From a virus, in IMG/VR virus record IMGVR_UViG_3300023074_000001, positions 1 through 64,000 of that record: a DNA stretch of 64,000 nucleotides, one strand, 5' to 3'. The first letter of the stretch is position 1, and every line of letters begins with the position of its first letter. Position numbers and translations under genes: made by a program. Under the pieces are notes generated by a model. The model had not been told where the DNA came from and did not search any database. It saw only the letters and a program-made list of their open reading frames with translations. Positions 1 through 11,068 of this stretch are shown here, one piece after another.

Positions 1-2
1 TT

Positions 3-1271
3 CTAGACACATTAGGCAGAAACAAAGTTGATGCTGGCAAAATTGCTCTTTATGAGGAAACCTACAAAAACTTACTCTCCTATAAAGTTGAGGATTCCGA
101 GTTTCGCTGGAGTATGGATCAGCTAAAAGATCTAGCTGCTGATAGGCAAACTTCAGAAGCTATTGTTTCTGGAATGGAAATCCTCAACAGAGGAGCAAAG
201 GGTCCTAAAGGCGAGGATCTTGTAGGACATAATGACGCCAGAAGCCATATTTTGACAAAGTTCGCAGAAATCGATCGTAATCTGTCTATGCAGGAGTCGC
301 CTGAGGGTGACTCTAGGCAGGAAGCCTCAGAGATTTTTGCAGAATACAATGAGATTCGAAAGCATTCTGAAATTAAGTATGGAATTCCCGCACTTGATGA
401 AAAAATTGGCGGCCACAGCAATGGAGAACTAGGTCTTGTGGTAGGCTACAGCAGTAGTGGTAAGACTACCTTAGCTACTATCCAGTTAGCTTGGAATACA
501 GCTATTATGCAGGGTAAGAATGTAGTCATTCTTACATCAGAAACATTGCGTCCTCAAGTTAGACGTAAGCTCATCTGTCGTCACTCTAAGCTAGCCATCT
601 TCGGCCTTGAGCATGGAATTAATTCTCGTCACCTCAAGGCAGGTAGAGGTTATCTTACACCGGAGGAGGAGAGAGCCTTTCCTGATGTCGTCAATGATTA
701 CACAACTAATTCTAGTTATGGCAAACTAGTAATTGTTCAGGTTCCTCGTGGTGCTACTATATCTACCTGTGAAGGAAAACTGAATCGTTTCCAGCGAGAG
801 TTTAATGTAGATTTAGCTGTCATCGATTACCTAGCTTTACTGAAGCCTGACCGCAGGTTCACCTCGCGCAGAGAGGAACTAGCTGCTACAGTACAGGAGG
901 CGAAGCAGCTAGCTACGACATTCGATGATGGTAGAGGCTTACCTATTATTTCTCCCTGGCAGACGTCACGTGATGCTTGGAAAGAAGCTCAAACCGTAGG
1001 CTACTACAATTCATCAGCACTAGCGGAGACCGCCGAGGCTACAAGTTCATCAGATACCGTAATTACTATTCTTGAGCCTAAAGAAAATGAGTCTCGTTTT
1101 GCAGATATGAAGGTACAAGTTGTCAAGAATCGAGATGGTGAAAAATCTCTCGGAATAGACTTACAAGTTGATTACGCTACTAGTTACTGGAGTGAATCTG
1201 CATCGGGGGTTGGTAGCCTTGACACTGTAGGTAATTTCTTAGGCACGGGTGGTAGCTTGTTCGGAGGTTGA
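3..1271 (+). CDS. dnaB: DnaB-like replicative helicase (5' end lies upstream of window)
   Basis: Walker A GYSSSGKT, LTSE, Walker B VIDYL, PWQ, KNRDG motifs; frame is open from base 3. Confidence 0.9.
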   Translation, partial: LDTLGRNKVDAGKIALYEETYKNLLSYKVEDSEFRWSMDQLKDLAADRQTSEAIVSGMEILNRGAKGPKGEDLVGHNDARSHILTKFAEIDRNLSMQESPEGDSRQEASEIFAEYNEIRKHSEIKYGIPALDEKIGGHSNGELGLVVGYSSSGKTTLATIQLAWNTAIMQGKNVVILTSETLRPQVRRKLICRHSKLAIFGLEHGINSRHLKAGRGYLTPEEERAFPDVVNDYTTNSSYGKLVIVQVPRGATISTCEGKLNRFQREFNVDLAVIDYLALLKPDRRFTSRREELAATVQEAKQLATTFDDGRGLPIISPWQTSRDAWKEAQTVGYYNSSALAETAEATSSSDTVITILEPKENESRFADMKVQVVKNRDGEKSLGIDLQVDYATSYWSESASGVGSLDTVGNFLGTGGSLFGG

Positions 1272-1355
1272 CAGAGATCGGTATGGAGGCTAGACTAGGC
1301 TTCTGTACCGATCTTTCTTGTATAAGAGGGACGGTTTTGAAAGGAGCCTACAAAA

Positions 1356-1561
1356 TGGAAACGTTACTAAGTACTGATCGATGTGATAAATGTAATGCCC
1401 AGGCGTATGTGAGGTTTACACATATGGAAGGTATGCAGTTAGATTTTTGTGGGCATCATGCTGCTAAGTTTGCTGATAAGCTGGACTCTCAGGGATTTAG
1501 TATCATGCTGGATACCCGTGAACTATTGAATCGTCGTCCTGTAGGAGCGGAAGTTAGTTAA
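1356..1561 (+). CDS. small Zn-finger-like phage protein
   Basis: CDKC...FCGHH; AAGGAG RBS before ATG at 1356. Confidence 0.6.
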
Positions 1562-1563
1562 TT

Positions 1564-2145
1564 ATGCTACGTCAGAAGTCATGGATCGAGCAAGCTAACG
1601 AAGTAGTAAAGATTAGTGATGTTCTGGCAAGTTTTGGTGTGTTTGTTCCTGCATCTGTGGTTGAAGGCAGTAACAAGAAAATATTTTGTCCGTTTGGGTT
1701 TTACCACTCAGATGGAGGGTTGACTAAAGCTATGCGAATCTACACGAGAAGCAATTCTGTTTATTGCTTCTCGTGTAGTAAGCGTTATGACCCTGTTAGT
1801 CTTGCTGCTGCGAGGTGGGATACATCTTGGGTTACTGCTGCTATTACACTCCTAGAGGACGCTGGTTTTAAACCTAAGAGCCTAGAAGAACGTTGGCAGG
1901 ACGCAGTAACCATCGAAGTTAATACCCCCGATTTAATAGCTTTAGCAGACGCATTAAAAATGTATTGTTCTACAATTTGTGCATCTTGGAATATGTTACA
2001 GTTAGATGAGCAGGTGGCTGATAAATTATCCTCATGCCTATCTTTACTGGATGCCGTAAGAACAGATGAGGATGCAACTAAGTGGTTAAACATTACTAAA
2101 CAAGCAATGAAGCAAGTACTTGACTACAAAGAGAGAACACAATGA
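1564..2145 (+). CDS. primase-type CHC2 zinc-binding domain protein (no TOPRIM domain)
   Basis: CPFGFYH...YCFSC motif; adjacent to helicase. Confidence 0.7.
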   Translation: MLRQKSWIEQANEVVKISDVLASFGVFVPASVVEGSNKKIFCPFGFYHSDGGLTKAMRIYTRSNSVYCFSCSKRYDPVSLAAARWDTSWVTAAITLLEDAGFKPKSLEERWQDAVTIEVNTPDLIALADALKMYCSTICASWNMLQLDEQVADKLSSCLSLLDAVRTDEDATKWLNITKQAMKQVLDYKERTQ

Positions 2146-2999
2146 ATAAGATAATGTTGCTTGGTGATACTCATGGTAATACCAAGTTTGTTGTTAACGC
2201 AGTCATTCCTGCGGCTATCGAACAGGGAGTCAACTGGATTTATCAGGTAGGTGATTTTGGGTATTGGGAGCACACACCTGAAGGAGTAACTTACCTCGAT
2301 GAAGTTCAAGAAGCTTTGACTGGGACTGGAATCAATCTTCTGTTTATCGCTGGTAACCACGACAAGGTTTCTATGATTCCTAAAAGATACTCAAATGTTG
2401 CTGGATTTTATATTGTCAGAAGTTCCATTTGGTATGCACCTAACGGTACTCAGTGGGACCTCGACGGAAAATCATTTCTCGCCTTAGGCGGAGCCTACTC
2501 TATCGATAAGAATTATCGTCTAGAGAGCGAGGAAGCCAATGCTCAGCGAGATGCAACTACCTCAAGACTTCGAGGCGAGTATTCTGTAAATTATATTATT
2601 GCAAGTACTAGGTCAGCCAATGCTGAAACTCTATGGTTTCCTGAAGAGGAAATGACAGATGATGAGCTAGACCGCATTTTAGCAGATTTGCGTGATACTA
2701 AGGTAGATGTTATTCTTACTCACGACAAGCCACTAGCGGCCAATCCTCTAGTTAAATTATTGCCTATCGATGAGTGCATCCCTAACCAGAGGCGACTGCA
2801 AAAAGCCGTTAATACTCTACAGCCAAAGCTTTTGGTTCACGGGCACCTACACATTAGATATACTGACACTATTCGCTGCGGAGATAACGATGTGTTTACT
2901 CGCGTTGAAGGTCTTGGTGCAGATGTACCTAACTTTAATCAACGTATGAGTTCTTGGGAACCAAGTGACGCCTGGGAAATCTTAAATCTCGAAGGGTAA
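2142..2999 (+). CDS. calcineurin-like metallophosphoesterase
   Basis: GDTHG, GDFG, GNHD, THD, HGHLH motifs. Confidence 0.9.
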   Translation: MNKIMLLGDTHGNTKFVVNAVIPAAIEQGVNWIYQVGDFGYWEHTPEGVTYLDEVQEALTGTGINLLFIAGNHDKVSMIPKRYSNVAGFYIVRSSIWYAPNGTQWDLDGKSFLALGGAYSIDKNYRLESEEANAQRDATTSRLRGEYSVNYIIASTRSANAETLWFPEEEMTDDELDRILADLRDTKVDVILTHDKPLAANPLVKLLPIDECIPNQRRLQKAVNTLQPKLLVHGHLHIRYTDTIRCGDNDVFTRVEGLGADVPNFNQRMSSWEPSDAWEILNLEG

Positions 3000-3317
3000 T
3001 TTCTATGCTGATAGATAATATTATCGCCAAGGAAGTCGATATGTATGTCATTTGCTGCGAAATTGCAGCAGAACACGGGTCAGATGAGGCTTTGTATAAA
3101 AAACTGGCTCATGTTCTGTTTTATCATATTCTTGAAATGCGAGAAACCCGTAAAGGAGTTAGCCATGGCTAAGAATGAAAAGAAGGCTGCATCCAAAAAG
3201 AAGCCAATCAAGCAAGCTGAGGTTTGGGCAAATAGAGATATTCCAGATGATGCTCAAGAAATCAGTCAACCTGGACCAACATACGACAATCCTAATGCAA
3301 ACGAGGTTTCCGAATAA

Positions 3318-4103
3318 ATGTTAGTAGGACATCAGGAGGTAATCAAGGCGTTAAGCTTAAGGTTACCTCCTGTCTCTATTATTACGGGGCCTGACTCTGT
3401 AGGCAAAAGACTTATAGGTATCAATGCAGCTATGGTACATAAGGTTGCCAGAGTAGACTTTATTGAAGTAACCAGGTTAACTGTTGGCGAAGCAGCTAGA
3501 ATCAAGGATTTTCTCCGTGTTGCCCCCATGCACAACTATCGTTTTGTACTTATCAATTTAGACTACGCCTCCAAGGCAGCAGTAGATGACTTGCTGAAAA
3601 GCCTAGAGGCTCCTCCTAGCTATGCCAGGTATGTTATCATCAGCTCCTCAAGGGTGCCGCAGAAGATCTTAACTAGAGGGCATCGCTATTTTGTAGGAAA
3701 GCTTAAACCCGAAGAGTTGTCACAAATTCTCGAAGCTAAAGGAATGTCTACCAATACGGCATCAAGGTTTAGCATATTAGGTCAAGTAGGGCCAGCCTTA
3801 GCTGCGGATGCAGATTCATTTTTAGTTTCTATTGTTATTAATGTACTTGAATCTGTAGCAGAAAATGATTATCAGTTATTTATTCAAGCATACAAAGCAG
3901 TAGATGATAGAGCCGCTAGACTTATCGTAGTAGCTATGGAGGAGTCGGCAGCTCAGAGGTGGGCACACTTTGATAAGATGCACCTAGGAATTTTTGCCAA
4001 GAAAAATATTGCATTGAACTTTCTACAGATTTGGGGTAACGTCAACACAGCAAAGCCTCAATTGGCAGTAAAGACAACATTTGAAACTATGATGAGGAAT
4101 TAA
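3318..4103 (+). CDS. clamp-loader delta'-like (HolB-like) AAA+ subunit
   Basis: LVGHQ start, degenerate Walker A GPDSVGK, LLKSLEAPP (cf. LLKTLEEPP). Confidence 0.7.
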   Translation: MLVGHQEVIKALSLRLPPVSIITGPDSVGKRLIGINAAMVHKVARVDFIEVTRLTVGEAARIKDFLRVAPMHNYRFVLINLDYASKAAVDDLLKSLEAPPSYARYVIISSSRVPQKILTRGHRYFVGKLKPEELSQILEAKGMSTNTASRFSILGQVGPALAADADSFLVSIVINVLESVAENDYQLFIQAYKAVDDRAARLIVVAMEESAAQRWAHFDKMHLGIFAKKNIALNFLQIWGNVNTAKPQLAVKTTFETMMRN

Positions 4104-4441
4104 TTATGCCAGAAGAGTTAGAGGAATTAACAGCACAAGATTTTGTCAAGGATAGAGTTAAGGCAAGAAAAGAAATTGAAAACCTAAGACAGGGTAATGT
4201 AGATAGAATTAACACCTTACGTGTCTACGGAGGTGCGGTAGACCCTGGGTTACTGGCTAACTTAAAAATAGACACCTTCATCGATGCCTTCCTTGACCAG
4301 GATGCGAAGCTGGTCTACCATCGTAATCTTGAGGTTGCATTACGCAAGGCTCTTGATGAGGCTCTAGGAAAAGCAAGAACCAGTCAAATTGTTGATGGTT
4401 TAAAGACAAGCACGAAGTTAAGTATCCCGAAGTGAGGTTAG

Positions 4442-5392
4442 GTGAACTTCAATCAGTGGAAGACTCATGCTGAGAAATCCTCTGTTGCTAAAGTAACATA
4501 CTGTTGCGGAGATCAGACGGCACTGGTGGAAATTGTTGTAGACGACATCCGTAGAATTCTTGATGTTCCTGCCACCGATTATGTAGAGGTCTCTGGTAGT
4601 AGCGAAGAATTGATTTGGGATGCCTTAGCTGCGTATCCGCTAGATCCTTCTGCTAACAGATTAATTCTTGTCAGAGACTGTGATCAGATTTCTGACTGGA
4701 CACTCTTTTTTGATTGGTTCAGTGCCAGTAGAGGAAAGTCATCTACTTATTTACTTCTAGTATCTTATGCTAGTGATGCTCCATGTACTTATGTCAAGGG
4801 AAAAAAATCAGGCTACGTCGAGCATATCGAGTTTATCAAATCAAAAGGCAAACTTATTAAATGTTCTCAGCCAAATGAGGAAGATTTGCTTTCCTGGGCT
4901 CAGTCTTATGGATTGAGTCAGGCTTCTGCACAGCATTTAATCCACCGTGTAGCAGGAGATACTTCAAGTATGTTAGATGTATTCCGTAAGGTTCATCTGT
5001 GGAGAGGCTCACCTAATACTAAGGTGATAGATTTGCTTTGTGAAGACAAGCCTCTTGATTCGTTCGTTGATAACCTGTTGCTGGGTGATAAGAAGGCTGC
5101 TGCTAAAACAGATTTTCATGAAGAAGATTTTGGCAAAGTCATCAATCAATTAGACAAGCGGCTAGATGTTATTTTAGAAATTACTAAGTATGTTGTTCGT
5201 CGGGTCTACCCATCAGATATCGCAACTAGTACCGGCATTAATGTCTTCATTGTTAAAAAATATACACCGCTAGTAAAAGACTATAACGTCAGCAAAATCA
5301 AACAACGTAGACAACTGTTAGCTATTTTAGATAGCAAATACAAAGAAGGAGTAAAAGAAGGTTTATGGGAAGTCCTGATAGCCCTATGGTAA
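4442..5392 (+). CDS. clamp-loader delta-like (HolA-like) subunit
   Basis: Size, RLILVRD and VAGD-type segments, C-terminal LAILDSKYKEG collar; next to the delta'-like gene. Confidence 0.6.
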   Translation: MNFNQWKTHAEKSSVAKVTYCCGDQTALVEIVVDDIRRILDVPATDYVEVSGSSEELIWDALAAYPLDPSANRLILVRDCDQISDWTLFFDWFSASRGKSSTYLLLVSYASDAPCTYVKGKKSGYVEHIEFIKSKGKLIKCSQPNEEDLLSWAQSYGLSQASAQHLIHRVAGDTSSMLDVFRKVHLWRGSPNTKVIDLLCEDKPLDSFVDNLLLGDKKAAAKTDFHEEDFGKVINQLDKRLDVILEITKYVVRRVYPSDIATSTGINVFIVKKYTPLVKDYNVSKIKQRRQLLAILDSKYKEGVKEGLWEVLIALW

Positions 5393-5745
5393 AGCGTCGT
5401 AATTTTAGGGAAAACCCTATTACGCCAGAGGAGCTAATAAATTGTACCTGGTATGCAACTGCGGATGACACCATCGGAGGTTGGTGTGTATCAACATCTA
5501 ATAAGCCGGAGTCTCAAAGAGATCCTTATGCAGGCGAGTTCTCAGCGGGTAACTTTATGACCAAAGAGGTAGCTGAGCATATCGTTAGGATACACAATAC
5601 TTGGTGGGAAATCGAGGTATGGAAGACGTACATGCCAAACATCTACGCTACGTATAAGAAAGAATTGATTACCTCTACTGAGACTTTTATCACTCGTATA
5701 AAATCTGCTGTTGACAGGGTTCGTAGTTCTCGGTAGGCTCTGCCT

Positions 5746-6129
5746 ATGAGAAGGCATGATACTTTGATCAGGCGAGCAATGTTGGTAGCTCAGCAGAGTA
5801 CCTATCGCTGGAGGCATGGTGCAGTAGTTGCCAAGGGTAATAAGGTATTCGGCTGGGCTCCCAATAAGCTTCGTAATGCCCCGCTTATTGATGAGCATAA
5901 TGTCTCTGACCACGCTGAGCGAGCTATTCTGAGAGAACTACTGAAGGTTCGTGATGACCTGCGAGGCTGTACTATTTATATTGCTAGAATTAATAAGCAG
6001 GGAAAGTCTATGATGTCACGTCCATGCAATAACTGTATGCTTGCTATTATCGAAGCAGGGATTAAGGAAATAGTGTATACTAATGAGGTAAATGCCTACA
6101 GTGTAGAGCAAGTAAGGACACTCTCATAA
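5746..6129 (+). CDS. Zn-dependent cytidine/deoxycytidylate deaminase-family protein
   Basis: HAE...RPCNNC...AGIKEIVY. Confidence 0.85.
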   Translation: MRRHDTLIRRAMLVAQQSTYRWRHGAVVAKGNKVFGWAPNKLRNAPLIDEHNVSDHAERAILRELLKVRDDLRGCTIYIARINKQGKSMMSRPCNNCMLAIIEAGIKEIVYTNEVNAYSVEQVRTLS

Positions 6130-6142
6130 AAGAAAGTAATAT

Positions 6143-6574
6143 ATGGAAATCACAGCAATAATTTTAGTCCTGACATTTGGCTGGACCGCTACAGTAGCAC
6201 ATGGATTAGCGGATCACATTCTTGGTCAAACAGATAAGATAGCAGCTAATAAAGTCAAACCAGGTAGAGTAGGCTGGTCACACATTCTACAACACGTTAT
6301 GTATTATCATATTGTCATGGTAATAATGTTACTTGTTATTGTAGTTCTGTTTAGTTTGCCTGTGACTTTGTTAGGATTTATATCCGCTATACTATTCTCA
6401 GCGGTAACTCATGCTTTTATTGACAGGCGTTGGCCCGTTAGATGGATTCTAGAAAAAACAGGATCACCCAATTTTGCTGAGATGCAGACACCTATCTGTG
6501 GCATGTATCTGGCAGATCAGGATCTTCATAAGACAGCCTTATGGATTTCAGCAATATTATTTGCGCTGTTATGA
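6143..6574 (+). CDS. DUF3307-like membrane protein
   Basis: AHGLADHILGQT, THAFID and DQDLH motifs with TM helices. Confidence 0.7.
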   Translation: MEITAIILVLTFGWTATVAHGLADHILGQTDKIAANKVKPGRVGWSHILQHVMYYHIVMVIMLLVIVVLFSLPVTLLGFISAILFSAVTHAFIDRRWPVRWILEKTGSPNFAEMQTPICGMYLADQDLHKTALWISAILFALL

Positions 6575-6981
6575 CAGTAAATCCTTTACATTGTAATTTG
6601 TCATCATGGTCAGGTGATAACGATGAATGTCGTTGGTGTTCTCATAAATTAGAGGCGAAGCAAAGGCGGTGGTGCTCAGGCGAGTGTTTACAAACATGGC
6701 GTCTGCACCACCGTTATTTTTTATCAAGACAGACAGCAGTTAAACTGTCAAGACGTAAATGTGATTGTGTAAGACAACTCAATGAAATTCGACATATGCA
6801 TTGCGCACAATGCGGCATCTGTGAAGCCCGAGCTAAATTACTAGGTAGAGAAATGACATGCGATCATATAGTGCCTAGGCAGGGCATCAAATCTAGGTTT
6901 AATTGTATTCATCATCCTAGTAATTTACAGATACTTTGCTCAAGTTGCCACAATGCCAAAACATTAAAAGATAATGAATAG
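6571..6981 (+). CDS. HNH endonuclease
   Basis: CDHIVP...NLQILCSSCHNAKT. Confidence 0.85.
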   Translation: MTVNPLHCNLSSWSGDNDECRWCSHKLEAKQRRWCSGECLQTWRLHHRYFLSRQTAVKLSRRKCDCVRQLNEIRHMHCAQCGICEARAKLLGREMTCDHIVPRQGIKSRFNCIHHPSNLQILCSSCHNAKTLKDNE

Positions 6982-6989
6982 GGGTATTT

Positions 6990-8018
6990 ATGGAGGGTAT
7001 TAGCGTACGAGACGGAAAGTACTCAAACTTTACCGAAGCGGGGGCACGCTTTAATGCTTGCCTGACAGATTGTATAAAGCAAAAACTGCCTATGATTGTC
7101 CCTGGAGGTAGTTACGATTTTCATACGCCCTTGATTGTTCCTTCAGGATTTGGCACAAGAATATTAGGCACTGGTTGGCGGGCTGAATTGAATGCCATGC
7201 CTGGCTTTAATGACTATGTTATTAAGTTCGATTCTAGTAAGGGTGACATTCGAGGATTTGAAATCTCTAATCTTACTATAAATGGTAATTGCAAAGAGCA
7301 GTCTTCTGGGGGTGGCATCCTAGCCTCTGGTGCTGTAGAGTCGTGGTTCACGAAGTTGCATCTGTTCGGTTGCTATAATGAGGCTATTAAATTAGATGGT
7401 ATTTCAGCTGGTGGTTTCGGACATCATAATGAATTATCTTCTAGTTTAATAGATGGTGGCACAGCATCCCCAGGATTAGGTATTGGCTTAGTAGTTTTTG
7501 CTTCTGATGAAAATGTCATTACTACTACTCGCTTCCAAGATCTAGGTGGTGCGGATGCCTTTGCTGCTGGCTTAGAAGTCGGGGCTATTATAGATCGATC
7601 AGGGCTTCAAGTTTATGACAAAATCAACATTGTCAATGGAGCAGATGGGCTGCGAGTTAAGGATACCGGGAGAGTCAGGATTATCGGAGGATGCAATTTT
7701 GATGGTCCTCGCGGGACAGCCCTGATTATCAGCGGAGACAGATGTCTGGTCGAAGGTGCCCAATTTCTTGAAGGTAAAGAAGGCAGATCATATATTCATA
7801 TGAACAACGGAACAGGTAACATTATTCACACTAATGGGTTCCAGGCTCCTGATTCTGCTAAGATGAGATCCTTTATCCGTGAATCTGGTGGAAGTCACAA
7901 TAACATGGTTAACACCAACACATTGTACTATCAGGACGCACAATTAAGTGTGGGCGCGCTGGAAAGAAATAAGCCACGTACAGGTAAGTGGAAAGATAAT
8001 ATAGTATACAGGAGTTAG
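6990..8018 (+). CDS. right-handed beta-helix (pectin-lyase-like) protein
   Basis: VPGGSY...ILGTG, ISNLTINGN and repeated Asn-ladder beta strands. Confidence 0.7.
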   Translation: MEGISVRDGKYSNFTEAGARFNACLTDCIKQKLPMIVPGGSYDFHTPLIVPSGFGTRILGTGWRAELNAMPGFNDYVIKFDSSKGDIRGFEISNLTINGNCKEQSSGGGILASGAVESWFTKLHLFGCYNEAIKLDGISAGGFGHHNELSSSLIDGGTASPGLGIGLVVFASDENVITTTRFQDLGGADAFAAGLEVGAIIDRSGLQVYDKINIVNGADGLRVKDTGRVRIIGGCNFDGPRGTALIISGDRCLVEGAQFLEGKEGRSYIHMNNGTGNIIHTNGFQAPDSAKMRSFIRESGGSHNNMVNTNTLYYQDAQLSVGALERNKPRTGKWKDNIVYRS

Positions 8019-8054
8019 TGAGGTCTCTTTCAACTCACAAGAATAGGAGTACGG

Positions 8055-10508
8055 GTGTCAGTAATTACTAAGAATTATGATGTTGTCAGATCTATCGATG
8101 AGCTGAAGCAGTTTTGGGATAGAATTGTTGCCGAGAAGGCTCCTTTTGGCTTCGATATTGAAACTGGCTATCATGGTGAAGATGATGATAGAGGTTCGCT
8201 AAAGCAGGAAACAAATTTATTAGTAGGTTTCAGCTTTACTAATTCACTTAATTGGGCTAGGTACGTCCCTCTTGCCCATGATTTTGATGAAAACCTTACT
8301 GATCATGTTGCTGTGGCTGAAACTCTTTGGGTTGCGTTCAAGACAGGGCTGATGGTAGCGCATAATGCTGGCTTCGAACTAAGGCGTATGGCAAGGTTCT
8401 TCCGTGAAATGCTATCAGATCATCCTGTGTATGGACCAGAAGTTATAGAGTCTAATGGTTATTTTCCTGTATTGAGTTGTACTCAGGTAGAGATGTATGT
8501 TGTTCGTGATCTTACTGAGTTTGATTTAAAGGGAGCGACTGACAAAACCTTCGGACACAGAATGATTAAGTTTGAAGAACTGTTCGACCACCTTACCGAG
8601 AAGAAAAAGAAAGCATTTAGATTCAATGTTCTTAACCTTACATCACAAGTAATTACCTATGCCTGTGAGGATGCTCTGTGGTGTCTAGCTCATCACCTAA
8701 GGCGTTATCCTATGGTGAAAGATCAGCTCGTTTACCAAGTTGATATGCAAGTTACTTATGTCATCTGTGATATGGAAGACTGTGGTATTCGTTATGATTG
8801 GTTCTTTATGGCGGACGCATCCGCTCGTGCTAAAGATTTCACAGCCAAATTAAATGAAGAGATTCAGACTGAGCTAGCTGGACTACTGGGTATGGAAGGA
8901 ACTACGCTCAACGTAAATCTGGGCAGCCCTAAACAGCTATCTGAGATCCTGTTCGACCGCCTCGGTATGAGGGTGAATGTTTACACCACCAGTACCAAGG
9001 GGGCCTCTAAAGAGGACAAGAAGATGTCTACCGGAAAGATGGCTCTTGATCTCCTTGCTGAACAGAATCCTGTCGTCAAGAAGATTTCTAACTACAAGAA
9101 TCTTAAGCGACTGACAACATCGTTTTTGGACAAGTATGCAAAAGATTATGCATACGCTCCTGATGGAATGATTCATCCATCGCTGAATCAAAGTTATGTA
9201 CGTACAGCTCGATTTTCTTCTGCTAATCCTAATCAGCAGAATCAACCATCGGTCAACTTGAAAGATGATGATGGAAAGACTCCACTAAGCTATTACTACA
9301 AACTAGCAACCGGTGAAAGTTTTAAACTGAACTTCCGTGATGCAGTTATTGCACCTGAAGATTACCTTATCCTTGGGTTCGACCTTTCTCAGGCTGAATA
9401 CAAGGCTGCGGCAGGGTTGGCTAATGAGACAGCTCTTATTGAAGCATTCGAAACAGGTGAGGATGTTCACACGAAGGTAGCTATGATGATGTTCAAGCTA
9501 CCTAAGGATAAAGTAACAAAAGAGTATCGTTCAAAGGCTAAGACTATTGGTTTCGGCTTGCTGTTCGGTATGACTCCTATTGCCCTGGGAAAGAGACTTA
9601 ATTGTAGTAAGGAAGAAGCTGAAGAACTGTTTAATCTCTATTTTGCTGCTTTTCCTAAACTTAAGCGTTGGACTGAAAAGCAAGTAGAGTTCGGCTACCA
9701 GAATGGATATGTTACTACTATCTTTGGTCGTAAGATTCCTATCTGGGAATTAGAGGATTCTCGTCGCTGGATTCGTGAAGGTGGGGAACGTGCCTGCTAT
9801 AACTATCCAGTTCAGGGAGGAGCAACAGGTGATTACGTCAGAATAGCTATGGTACGAGCACGTAAAGCTATTCACAAGGCTGGGTGGAAAAATAAAGTCA
9901 AGCTGTTCATGAATGTCCATGATGCTCTGGAGTTCTATGTGCATAGAAGTTTGAATCCGGCAGAAGTTATTCAGGTTCTTCAGCCAGCAGTAATCTTTCC
10001 AGTTCCAGGTTGGCCTATGATGAAAGCAGATTGGCATATCGGTAAGCGTTGGGGATCAGTCAAGGAAATCACTCTTCTTGAAGATGGAGTCATCCAGATA
10101 GAGGATGGTCCCCTAGTCTCCCCCAGGGAAAGATACTTACCTACACTTGGATCTGAGGAAGTTGTAGAGGAACCTGTCCCCAGGAACAGATACTTACCTA
10201 CACTTCAACTTGAGTCTCAGGAACCAGTAAACCTAGCAACTTCTAAGCATTTAATAGTTGAATTACACCAGATGCCTACTGAGACCCAGTACGCTAATTT
10301 CATAAAGATCCTGACGAAGCTAGGGGGGTTAAACACCGTAGAACTGAAGACTCCTGCGGGGTCGGTGGAACTCGCTCAGACTACTGGTTTGGATGCTGAT
10401 AACGCTAAGCACGTAGCATTGGTGTCTCTAGCACTCAATGGTGCGAGGTTGCGTTTTCAAGCAGAGGATGTTGATTTATTAGCATTATCCGCTGACATTG
10501 CTTTTTAG
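8055..10508 (+). CDS. polA: family A DNA polymerase with 3'-5' exonuclease and C-terminal extension
   Basis: Exo FDIET, HNAGFE, YACEDA; motif A FDLSQAE, motif B RSKAKTIGFGLLFG, motif C VHDAL. Confidence 0.95.
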   Translation: MSVITKNYDVVRSIDELKQFWDRIVAEKAPFGFDIETGYHGEDDDRGSLKQETNLLVGFSFTNSLNWARYVPLAHDFDENLTDHVAVAETLWVAFKTGLMVAHNAGFELRRMARFFREMLSDHPVYGPEVIESNGYFPVLSCTQVEMYVVRDLTEFDLKGATDKTFGHRMIKFEELFDHLTEKKKKAFRFNVLNLTSQVITYACEDALWCLAHHLRRYPMVKDQLVYQVDMQVTYVICDMEDCGIRYDWFFMADASARAKDFTAKLNEEIQTELAGLLGMEGTTLNVNLGSPKQLSEILFDRLGMRVNVYTTSTKGASKEDKKMSTGKMALDLLAEQNPVVKKISNYKNLKRLTTSFLDKYAKDYAYAPDGMIHPSLNQSYVRTARFSSANPNQQNQPSVNLKDDDGKTPLSYYYKLATGESFKLNFRDAVIAPEDYLILGFDLSQAEYKAAAGLANETALIEAFETGEDVHTKVAMMMFKLPKDKVTKEYRSKAKTIGFGLLFGMTPIALGKRLNCSKEEAEELFNLYFAAFPKLKRWTEKQVEFGYQNGYVTTIFGRKIPIWELEDSRRWIREGGERACYNYPVQGGATGDYVRIAMVRARKAIHKAGWKNKVKLFMNVHDALEFYVHRSLNPAEVIQVLQPAVIFPVPGWPMMKADWHIGKRWGSVKEITLLEDGVIQIEDGPLVSPRERYLPTLGSEEVVEEPVPRNRYLPTLQLESQEPVNLATSKHLIVELHQMPTETQYANFIKILTKLGGLNTVELKTPAGSVELAQTTGLDADNAKHVALVSLALNGARLRFQAEDVDLLALSADIAF
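10131..10205 (+). repeat. two copies of AGATACTTACCTACACTT (10131-10148, 10188-10205) within polA
   Basis: Exact 18-mer direct repeat encoding RYLPTL twice; four more copies at 52-53 kb. Confidence 0.95.
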
Positions 10509-11068
10509 GTAGTGTCTTGATACACTCAATCGATGACTAGTCCAGAGTTTTTTGTCAGGTGTCATGTCTGCTCGGGGGAAGTCTATAATTGGAATCAGTC
10601 TATTAGTTATACATTAACAGATAAGGCTGCACATCAAGCAGGACAAACAATTTATTTATCTTGCGGTTGCGTTATAGACTTCCCTCAGTGGAAGATAGAT
10701 CTGAGCACAGGTATGTGTACCATAGAAGATTATGCAGGAAAGATATTTATTAATTTTTATGACGAAGAGTTTATCGGAGAAGGTGATGAGTTTTGAAGGT
10801 TCTACGAGGAGCCAGTGCAGAAATAGGAAATAACAAATGGGCTAAGTTTGATACTGAATTAGATGAGCAAGATCTAAATGATTTGATTATTACTCACAAT
10901 TTAACATCTTCACTTTCTCTCAATCAGAAGTTTCAACTGCTCCGCAAGCAAGCAGAGTTTTTTGTTACTGTGGAGATGGAATCCCAGGGTCTTAGGGGAT
11001 CTAGGACTTCTGCCCAACTACAGGCTAATCTGACTGAGTATATTTCATCTTTACCTAAGGCTGAATAA

